Positions 8,904-16,373 of a stretch of 64,000 bases of DNA are shown here, piece after piece (position 1 is the stretch's first letter; each line of letters opens with the position of its first letter). Source of the DNA: an uncultured bacterium (GTDB lineage: Bacteria > Actinomycetota > Acidimicrobiia > Spongiisociales > UBA5794); contig CAWDDT010000006.1 in the NCBI GenBank assembly GCA_963801165.1, forward strand, positions 512,001 to 576,000. The letters run 5' to 3'. The position numbers were made by a program, and so were the translations under genes. The notes under the pieces were generated by a model. That model did no database searches. It saw nothing but the letters and a program-made list of their open reading frames with translations, and was not told the DNA's origin.

Positions 8904-10122
8904 ATGCGTTCAGTGTTCGTCGGTCACGATTGGGCCGAAGACCATCACGACATCCACATCGAGAACAGTGAAGGTGAGCGGCTTCATGCTTGCCGCCTCG
9001 ACGACGGGCTCGAAGGCGTCCGACGTCTGCATTCAGTACTCGCAGAACTCGCCGATGACCCGTCGCAGGTCGTGATTGCCACCGAGACCGACCGTGGGTT
9101 GTTCATCACCGCCATGATCGCCGCCGGCTATCAGGTGATCGCGATCAACCCCATGTCGACGGCCCGTTACCGACGAACGCCGGTCAACATCCGGTGCCAA
9201 GTCCGACCGAGGCGATGCGCAGACCCTCGCCGAGGTCGCACGCCTCGACAGCCACAACCACCGGCTCCTAGAACCCGACAGCGACCTTGCTGACGCGATC
9301 AAACACACCGCCAGGGCGCACCAGAACCTGATCTGGACTCGCCAACGCCAGCTCAACCAGCTCCGCTCGGTCCTACGCGAGTTTTTCCCCGCCGCGCTGG
9401 CGACCTTCCCCGAACTGGCACACAGCGACTGCCTCGCCACCCTTGCGGTCGCTCCTTCACCAGCAGCAGTCCACAGCCTGAGCACCGTCCGGATCGCAGC
9501 CGCGCTCCGCCGCGGGGGAACCAAACGCGGCGCCGATGCCAAAGCCGCGACGATCCGGCAAAACCTGCGAGCCGATCAGCTCCGAGCCCCCAAACAGCTC
9601 GAGGCAGCAATGAGCTCCCATGTCACCGCCCTTGTCGCTGTCGCCACCGAACTCTCCCAACAGATCAACCGGCTAGAAACCGAACTCACCGAACTACTCG
9701 ACCAGCACCCCCACGCCAAGATCCTCCAATCGATACCCGGGCTCGGCACCAAACTCGCCGCCCGGCTCCTCGGTGAGTTCGGAGACGCCCCCGACCGCTT
9801 CACCGACGCCCGCAGCCGCAAGAACTATGCCGGCACCTCACCCATCACCAAAGCATCAGGTCGCAGCCACATCGTCATCGCCCGTCGCATCCGCAACACC
9901 CGCCTCGCCGACGCCTGCCACCAATGGGCCTTCGCCAGCCTCTCCCACAGCCCCGGCGCCCGCACGTTCTATGACCAACGCCGAAACCGAGGAGACAGCC
10001 ACAACCGCGCACTAAGAGCCCTATCAAACCGGCTCGTCGGCATCGCTCACGGCTGCCTCACACACCAAACCCCCTACGACGAACACACCGCCTGGGGACA
10101 CCGCTACAACCTCGTCACTTGA
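8904..10122 (+). pseudogene. IS110 DEDD recombinase (about 405 aa), +1 frameshift near 9173
   Basis: GGAGG RBS; VGHDWAEDHHD, IATET, (after frameshift) SGAKSDRGDA, SIPGLG, AGTSPITKASG, ALRALSNRL. Confidence 0.9.
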
Positions 10123-10144
10123 CTTTTCTCCGGGTGGGATGTCT
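10119..10144 (+). promoter_or_regulatory. -35 half of a circle-junction promoter in the IS110 right end
   Basis: TTGACT (10119-24), 17 nt, then T-CT plus left-end AAT gives TCTAAT after circularisation. Confidence 0.8.
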
Positions 10145-10463
10145 CCGCCGCAAAGAAAGCCGAAGCCCGCTTCAAAATCTCGTTCGCTCGACGTAACTCC
10201 CGGTTCTCCTGCTCAAGCTTCTTCATCTTGACTCGCTCCGCAGAAGTGATGCCCGCAACACCCCCAGCATCAATCTCAGCTTGGGCCACCCAACGGCGCA
10301 CCGACTCAGAGCCGTAACCCAACTGGTCAGCGACCCGAACCACCGTCCCCTGCGACTCCCCAAGTTCCTCACGAAGCTGGAAAACAAGACGAACCGCCCC
10401 ATCCTTCTCCTCCTTCGTATACCGCCGTATGGTCGGCTTCCCCGGTGATAACTCTCTCGACAT
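10145..10463 (-). pseudogene. IS3 transposase OrfA (HTH), split near its C-terminus by IS110 (rest at 8666-8688)
   Basis: RRYTKEEKDGAVRLV, ESVRRWV, ENRELRRANEILKRASAFFAAE|LDRPQR*. Confidence 0.9.
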
Positions 10464-10514
10464 GGCTCTCATCCTTCCACACTCGAGAGTCTCCAAGAAT
10501 CCCAGGGCGAACCA

Positions 10515-10755
10515 CAACCCCCCACTCCAAATCCTTCGGATTGTCGCCCCTATCCGAGTGCCGATAGACATCTACCAGCCGATCCATCGACCAACACGAC
10601 GCAGCCTGATAATGCGCCACCTGGCGTCGCTGCGCTTTGAGTACCCGCACCAAATCAAACGGAGAAACATGCTCAAAATCCAACGACTCCAACACCCGAG
10701 CCAACACAGCCCCAGGCGTGACGTCCTCCAGATTCTCAGAAATAGAAACGAACAT
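10515..10755 (-). pseudogene. N-terminal fragment of a DUF222/HNH (13E12-repeat-like) protein, truncated by IS3
   Basis: MFVSISENLEDVTPGAVLARVLESLD...LVRVLKAQRRQVAHYQA resembles DUF222 N-termini; LexA box over the start; frame runs into the IS3 IR. Confidence 0.6.
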
Positions 10756-10784
10756 ACGTTCGATCATACCGGAGGCCACCGACA
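10749..10784 (-). promoter_or_regulatory. LexA (Cheo) box plus PafBC-type RecA-NDp promoter
   Basis: CGAAC-ATAC-GTTCG at 10749-10762; minus strand TGTCGG-N10-TATGAT ending 7 nt before ATG. Confidence 0.85.
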
Positions 10785-10799
10785 AGAACCAGACGATCG

Positions 10800-11038
10800 A
10801 CCCAACCGGGAAGGTCAGCGGCGGTGAGGGACGAAGGAAGCTCGTCCCACGCTGCTCCTCTAGCTCCCCACGATACGGGCACGTCCTTGCCACCCTCGGA
10901 TCGCCACGCCGGGTGAAGTAGGCGAACGTACGCATCGAACCCTTCGGGGACCACCGAGCCAACGTCTACACCGAAATCGTGAAACCGGTCGGCCACCCAC
11001 CGGGCCGGGCTCAGGTCGTTCTGCAGGTCGAAGCCCAT
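10800..11038 (-). pseudogene. Probably truncated actinobacterial hypothetical protein
   Basis: MGFDLQNDLSPARWV...VGSVVPEGFDAYVRLLHPA looks like the N-terminus of a longer protein; 3' boundary approximate. Confidence 0.4.
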
Positions 11039-11139
11039 TACTACCCCAGAAAGTCGGCGAGGTCGAACGACATCTACGCGCCGACGCATGCTGCGACGGC
11101 TGCAGACAACTCCCTGGATCCGTACGCTACCGTGCCCGC

Positions 11140-11919
11140 ATGGATTCCAAGAGACCCGCCGTCATAATCGGCATGGGAGAGATGGGCGGCTCATTCGCCC
11201 GCGGGTTGCTCGGCCTCGGCCACACCGTCGTTCCCGTACTTCGCAACACAAACCCGGACGATGTCGCCGCCGAGTACCGGCAGCCACTGCTCGCATTGGT
11301 AACCGTCGGCGAGGCCGATCTCGACGACGCCCTGGCTGAGCTCCCGGCGTCCTGGAAGGGCAATGCCGGGCTCGTGCAGAACGAGCTCCTCCCCCGCAGC
11401 TGGCGCCCCCACGACATCACAAACCCGACAGTGGCCGTCGTCTGGTTCGAAAAAAAGCCGGGCAAGGCGGAGTCCCCGATCATCCCGACGCCGATCTACG
11501 GACCACGCGCCGCAACGCTGGTCGCTGCGCTCGGCATCATCGACGTGCCTGCATTCCTGATCGACGACCATGCCGAGTTGCTGTATGAGCTGGTCCGCAA
11601 GAACGTCTACATCCTGACCGTGAACATCGGCGGTCTGATCTCGGGCGGCACGGTGCACGACCTCTGGTACAACCACAGGACGTTGGCCGAGCAAGTCGCC
11701 ACAGAGGTGATCGACGTACAGGAGTCGCTCGTCGCCGCTACGCTCGATCGCGACCGGCTCCTGGCCGGATTGGTCGAGGCAATCGATGCCGATCCGGGAC
11801 ACGGGTCGACGGGAAGGAGCGCCCCGGCTCGTCTTGCCCGAGCCATCACCCATGCCGAGCGGGCCGGACTCGGCGTTCCCCGGCTTCGGGAGATCGCTGC
11901 CGGGCGCCGGGACACATGA
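11140..11919 (+). CDS. Rossmann-fold hypothetical protein (ketopantoate-reductase-like)
   Basis: VIIGMGEMG nucleotide-binding motif; TACCGT 6 nt before ATG. Confidence 0.6.
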   Translation: MDSKRPAVIIGMGEMGGSFARGLLGLGHTVVPVLRNTNPDDVAAEYRQPLLALVTVGEADLDDALAELPASWKGNAGLVQNELLPRSWRPHDITNPTVAVVWFEKKPGKAESPIIPTPIYGPRAATLVAALGIIDVPAFLIDDHAELLYELVRKNVYILTVNIGGLISGGTVHDLWYNHRTLAEQVATEVIDVQESLVAATLDRDRLLAGLVEAIDADPGHGSTGRSAPARLARAITHAERAGLGVPRLREIAAGRRDT

Positions 11920-11922
11920 CGC

Positions 11923-12411
11923 TCAGCTCAGATACTTTTCCCAGGCGGGGTCGGGCTCCGTGCCGATCGCAACCAGGACCCACGAGTGGCGCCGGGGTAC
12001 CCCGGGTTTGCGGAGCAGGCTCATCCCGGCCTGTTCCGGAGTCCTGCCACCCTTCTTGGTGTTACATCGTCGGCAGCTGGCCACGACGTTCTCCCAGGTG
12101 TGGGTGCCACCCTGGGTCTTGGGAACGACGTGGTCGATGTTCTCTGCTGCCCTGTCGCAGTACTGGCAGCGGTTGGAGTCCCGCATGAAGACCGCCCGCC
12201 GGTTGAGGGGGACACGGCGGGCATAGGGAACTCTGACGAACTGGCGCAGCCTGATTACAGACGGCGACACCATGTCTATTCGCTCGCTCCGCCACACCTT
12301 GCCGTTCGACACGACCACGTCAGCGCGGTTGCGCAGCACCAGCACGACCGCTCTTCTCACCGGCACCACCGAGAGCGGCTCATACGAAGCATTGAGCACC
12401 AGCGCTTTCAT
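11923..12411 (-). CDS. HNH endonuclease (McrA-like, HNH_5)
   Basis: MKALVLNASYEPL, RDSNRCQYC, IDHVVPKTQGG, WENVVASCRRCN. Confidence 0.9.
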   Translation of the reverse strand: MKALVLNASYEPLSVVPVRRAVVLVLRNRADVVVSNGKVWRSERIDMVSPSVIRLRQFVRVPYARRVPLNRRAVFMRDSNRCQYCDRAAENIDHVVPKTQGGTHTWENVVASCRRCNTKKGGRTPEQAGMSLLRKPGVPRRHSWVLVAIGTEPDPAWEKYLS

Positions 12412-12550
12412 GGACGGCAGGCTACCAGTGGCACCGACAAACGCCGCCATTGTGCGCAACGCCGCACGACCACCACCGCTTTCCGTGGGTCGTTGACCAC
12501 ATTGAGTGACCATGCCAAACTGACGAGAACGCGAAAACGAACACATCTAC

Positions 12551-13093
12551 TTGGAGAGGCATGTCTTGAGGGTCGTCGGATACATCCGCGAGGTGTCACC
12601 AACCGGGGAGCCCGCATTCGCCCAGCAGGAGAAGATCCGGCGCTGGGTGGGCGTGAACGGGCACCGGCTGGTTGCCCAATGTCAGGACGTCCAGACCCCG
12701 GGCCACCCGGTTGGCCGGGAAGGGCTCCAGTCAATCATCGGTATCATCTCGGCGGGTCAGGTCGACGCGGTGGTGGTGCCATCACTCGATACGTTCGCCA
12801 CCGACAAGATCGCCCAGGAGGTGATCATGTGGGAGCTGCGCTCCAGCGGGATCACCCTGCTCTCGACGGACACCCTTGACGTGAGCGAGCTGGCAGATCC
12901 GCCCGCCGACGATCTGCGTGCGCTCATCCGCCACGTTCTCGACAAGCAGGAGCGTTTCGAGTCGATCCTCAGCCTCCCCGTCGCCGAACGGGAACAGCCA
13001 AGTGTTGTCCGTATCGATGACGCCCGGGATGTCGTCGTCGAACTCATCCCGCCCGAAACGGCGCCGCCCAGCCTGGTACAGCCGGCTCGTTGA
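12551..13093 (+). CDS. Resolvase/serine-recombinase N-terminal-domain-like protein with degenerate active site
   Basis: VVGYIRE, AQQEKIRRW, REGL, VDAVVVPSLDTF; start uncertain. Confidence 0.6.
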   Translation: MERHVLRVVGYIREVSPTGEPAFAQQEKIRRWVGVNGHRLVAQCQDVQTPGHPVGREGLQSIIGIISAGQVDAVVVPSLDTFATDKIAQEVIMWELRSSGITLLSTDTLDVSELADPPADDLRALIRHVLDKQERFESILSLPVAEREQPSVVRIDDARDVVVELIPPETAPPSLVQPAR

Positions 13094-13186
13094 TCGACGC
13101 TAGGTCTCGCGCCGATTGGCGACGAGCTAATCGTTCGATCCGACATTCTGCAACCGCGGCTCGAGACGGCAACCGCGGACCAAGGA

Positions 13187-13807
13187 TCAGACGTGGTTTT
13201 CTAGGGCCTTCCATGTCGCCTGAGCCAGCGCGTAGGGTCTCCCACCGAGCTGGATCGCCGATCCGCTGGCCACGATCTCACCCGATCGCAACAGCACCGT
13301 AACCACGCGGTTGTCCTCGAAATTCGCCTCGGTGACGCCGAGCAGAGCCACCCCGGTCCGGCCGGCCAACTCGGCGACCGTCGCCACGAGCGCCTCGTCG
13401 ATGGCTCCAGCGCTGTCGGCGATGGTGCGAGTGGCATACGCCCCGCCCGCCGCCTTTACCTCCACGCGAATTTCGTTTGCGTTCTCCTCGACGGTCACAC
13501 TGTCGGGACGGCGTGCCCGCTCCACTACGCCTGCGGCTAGCTCCTCGGCGTACGAGCCTACGACCGGGAAGTCGACAACAGAACCCGCCCCCGGAGGTGG
13601 CGGCGGACCGCCGTGTTCCGAGTCCCGTTCTCCGGCAGTAGCCCGCATGCCGTGCTCGCGTAGGATCCTTCGCACCGCGGCTCCGACGGCCGAGGCGTCG
13701 GCTCCCTCGGCCAGTTGCACCCGCACACCGGCGATGCCGTGCTCGTCTTCGATCTCGGCACCCGCTATGCCCGGGACCGCAAGCAACTCCTGCTGTAGGG
13801 CGACCAT
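13187..13807 (-). CDS. Hypothetical protein
   Basis: ATG at 13807 overlaps upstream stop (TGATG); coding-like composition. Confidence 0.6.
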   Translation of the reverse strand: MVALQQELLAVPGIAGAEIEDEHGIAGVRVQLAEGADASAVGAAVRRILREHGMRATAGERDSEHGGPPPPPGAGSVVDFPVVGSYAEELAAGVVERARRPDSVTVEENANEIRVEVKAAGGAYATRTIADSAGAIDEALVATVAELAGRTGVALLGVTEANFEDNRVVTVLLRSGEIVASGSAIQLGGRPYALAQATWKALENHV

Positions 13808-14061
13808 CACAGCCTCCTCAACGCACGATGCTGCCGCTTCCTCCATTCGAGATAATGGATCAGCTCCTCGGGCCGCAGCGGGCTGGTCGACTCACCGTGA
13901 GCTGTGAAGAGACGCCAATCCGTGTAGGCGGGATCGGGAATCGGGACGAATGGGGGGTGTCGCCACCAACCGGAGCGGGCGACGGCGCCCATGGTACGCA
14001 ACGCCTCCGCCCACAGACCGGGTCGTCGGGCCACTGCCATGACCAGCTGCCACGAGATCAT
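13807..14061 (-). CDS. Small hypothetical protein
   Basis: 84 aa with WWRHPPFVPIPDPAY..WR..TAHG; coupled to downstream gene. Confidence 0.6.
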   Translation of the reverse strand: MISWQLVMAVARRPGLWAEALRTMGAVARSGWWRHPPFVPIPDPAYTDWRLFTAHGESTSPLRPEELIHYLEWRKRQHRALRRL

Positions 14062-14082
14062 GGAACGATCGTAACCGGGTGC

Positions 14083-14164
14083 ACGTTGTGAACAACGTAT
14101 TGCGATATACGTCTACGTTCACGAAATACATACTACGTCCACGAAATACATCTACGTTCACGAA
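14083..14164. repeat. Palindrome plus three 19-20 bp tandem repeats in a divergent promoter region
   Basis: ACGTTGT-GA-ACAACGT (14083-98); units sharing CTACGT(T/C)CACGAA at 14107, 14126 and 14146. Confidence 0.85.
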
Positions 14165-14217
14165 ACATCGCACTCACTGATATTCTGCCAGTGCCGCTGC
14201 CGGAGGAAGGAAAACTA

Positions 14218-15189
14218 GTGACGGTATCTGCTGACGACCTGCAATGGTTCGGCAAGAATTTTGACGCGATCGTTGACAACATCGAGACCGTTATCCAGGG
14301 TAAGCGCCGAACCGTACAGCTGGCAACGATCTGCCTGCTCGCCAAGGGCCACGCCCTGATCGAAGACGTGCCTGGAGTCGGCAAGACACTGCTCGCTCGC
14401 TCGCTCGCCCGCTCGATCGACTGCAGCTTCCAGCGCATCCAGTTCACCCCCGACCTCCTTCCGTCAGATGTAACCGGGGTCTCGGTCTGGGATCGAGAGT
14501 CGGGGCATTTCGTATTCCGAGCCGGGCCCGTGTTCGCCAATGTGGTCCTGGGCGACGAGATCAACCGGGCAAGCCCTAAGACCCAGTCGGCGTTGCTCGA
14601 GGCAATGGAGGAACGGCAGGTGACCGTCGATGCGGTCACCCGTCCGCTCGAACCGCCCTTCATGGTGATCGCCACGCAGAACCCGATCGAGCACGAGGGC
14701 ACATACCCGCTTCCGGAGGCGCAGCTCGACAGGTTCATGATGCGGCTCGCCATGGGGTACCCGGCGCGGGACAAGGAGCTCGAAATGCTCGAGGCTCACG
14801 GCCAGCACTCCACCCTCGACGATCTCGAGCCTGTCGTCGATGCCGCAGACGTAACCCGGATGATCGACATCGCATCATCTGTATTCGTAGCCGACGCCAT
14901 CCGCTCCTACCTGGTCGATCTCGCCGACGCCACCCGCGGCGAGCCCGACCTACTGCTGGGGGCTTCGCCCCGGGCCACGCTGCACCTCCAACGCGCCGCG
15001 CGGACCGCCGCGGCAACCCAGGGCCGCGACTACGTAACCCCGGACGATGTCAAGACCATGCTGCATCCCGTCCTCAACCACCGTCTCATCCTCCAGCCGG
15101 AGGCACAGATGCGCGGCGCGGGTATCCAAGGCATCATCGATACGATCAGCGGCCGGGTCGGCGTCCCCGGTGCCCGCACCCCCGTCTGA
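14218..15189 (+). CDS. MoxR-family AAA+ ATPase
   Basis: EDVPGVGKT, RIQFTPDLLPSDVTG, DEINRA, ATQNPIE, LPEAQLDRF. Confidence 0.95.
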   Translation: MTVSADDLQWFGKNFDAIVDNIETVIQGKRRTVQLATICLLAKGHALIEDVPGVGKTLLARSLARSIDCSFQRIQFTPDLLPSDVTGVSVWDRESGHFVFRAGPVFANVVLGDEINRASPKTQSALLEAMEERQVTVDAVTRPLEPPFMVIATQNPIEHEGTYPLPEAQLDRFMMRLAMGYPARDKELEMLEAHGQHSTLDDLEPVVDAADVTRMIDIASSVFVADAIRSYLVDLADATRGEPDLLLGASPRATLHLQRAARTAAATQGRDYVTPDDVKTMLHPVLNHRLILQPEAQMRGAGIQGIIDTISGRVGVPGARTPV

Positions 15190-16373
15190 TGCCGACACTG
15201 CGAGGCTGGGCAGCATTAGGAGCGGCCTTCGCTCTCACCGTGTTGTGGATCGGCTTTGGCGAGCAGCTCCTGATCGCCGCCGCTCTCTTCCTCCTTGTCG
15301 CCGTCGTGTTCGGGATCCTCTACGTCCGCAGCAGCGCACCGCGGGCACGACTCACCCGACGCATCGCGCCTCTTCAGGTCCACGATGGGGAGCGAGCCAT
15401 AGTCGAGCTGTCGCTCGTGTCCAGCCGCCGGCTCTATGCGGCCATCGTCGAAGACGTCGTCCACAGTCTCGGGACCGCCTCCTTCGTCGCCGAGCGGGTC
15501 GACGAGCAGGAGCCGATGACCGCACGCTACGAGGTTCTGTGCAAGCCACGAGGGGTGTACAAGGTGGGTCCGGCCGTGCTCCGGGTCCGTGACCCCATGG
15601 CCCTGGCGGAGTCGCTGAGCACCGGGAGACGAGCGGATCGGCTCGTCGTGTACCCGCAGGTCGAGGATCTGAGGGGCCTACCCGTGGTTCGGGGTCAGGA
15701 CCCAAACGTCAATTCGGCTCGGGCCAACTTCTCACACAGCCGGGGCGACGACTTTTTCACGCTGCGCGAGTACCAGCTCGGTGACGACCTGCGAAGGGTT
15801 CACTGGCCCGCATCGGCCCACCGCGACGAGCTGATGATCAAGCAGCTCGAGATGCCATGGCAGTCGCGGGCGCTCGTGCTTCTCGACGTCCGGGCTCAGG
15901 CGTACGCCACACCCGAGTCGTTCGAGCATGCGGTCCGGGGTGCTGCATCGGTCGTCCGCCACCTCTACCGCCAGGGCTTCAGCCCCACTCTGTGGAGCGG
16001 CCAGGCGCGCAGCGTCACGATATCCAACAGCCAGGCGTACGATCTGGGGATGGAGGGACTGGCGACGGTGCAGCCAAACCAGGAGATCGACCTCGCCGCA
16101 ACCATCGGCAGGCTGCGACGTGAGGGTATGGCCGGTGGGGCACTCGTTCTGGTGACCGGTGTCCTCGACTCCGGGGGTGTCTCTGTGTTCAAGACATTGG
16201 GCAGGGATTATTACAAGACGATCGTGATGACGGTCTCCGAGCGGGAAAACGATTCGCTCCACCAGGTGCAGCGCGCCGGGGCCGTGGCAGTCACGTCCGG
16301 GCCTGCGTCGAAGTGGGCACCGGCGTGGCGAGATGCAATGGAGAAGACGTGGTCTACCGCTTCAGCTGGTTAG
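15189..16373 (+). CDS. DUF58 domain protein
   Basis: LREYQLGDDLRRVHWPASA; follows MoxR. Confidence 0.92.
   Translation: MPTLRGWAALGAAFALTVLWIGFGEQLLIAAALFLLVAVVFGILYVRSSAPRARLTRRIAPLQVHDGERAIVELSLVSSRRLYAAIVEDVVHSLGTASFVAERVDEQEPMTARYEVLCKPRGVYKVGPAVLRVRDPMALAESLSTGRRADRLVVYPQVEDLRGLPVVRGQDPNVNSARANFSHSRGDDFFTLREYQLGDDLRRVHWPASAHRDELMIKQLEMPWQSRALVLLDVRAQAYATPESFEHAVRGAASVVRHLYRQGFSPTLWSGQARSVTISNSQAYDLGMEGLATVQPNQEIDLAATIGRLRREGMAGGALVLVTGVLDSGGVSVFKTLGRDYYKTIVMTVSERENDSLHQVQRAGAVAVTSGPASKWAPAWRDAMEKTWSTASAG

Larger units (their letters stand above)
8687..10144 (+). mobile_element. IS110-family (bridge-recombinase type) element with CT core at both junctions
   Basis: Junctions GGTCGAG-CT-AATGGC and GGGATGT-CT-CCGCC; removing 1456 bp restores IS3 orfA in frame (AELDRPQR*); long left end, short right end, no terminal IRs. 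Confidence 0.95.
7737..10514 (-). mobile_element. IS3-family insertion sequence (IS51/IS6110-like), interrupted by IS110; about 1322 bp when restored
   Basis: 26-bp imperfect terminal IRs TGGTGCGCACTGGGTTTGTTGGAGGC (7737) and TGGTTCGCCCTGGGATTCTTGGAGAC (10514, reverse); TG..CA ends; orfA/orfB layout. Confidence 0.93.

Noticed and set aside
11923-12411. HNH nuclease as an RNA-guided or defence effector (IscB/Cas9-like)
   Set aside because: Only 162 aa, no RuvC motifs or associated array; resembles a common stand-alone HNH family.
14107-14164. Possible mini CRISPR array
   Set aside because: Repeats are directly adjacent with no unique spacers, and there are no cas genes in the window.
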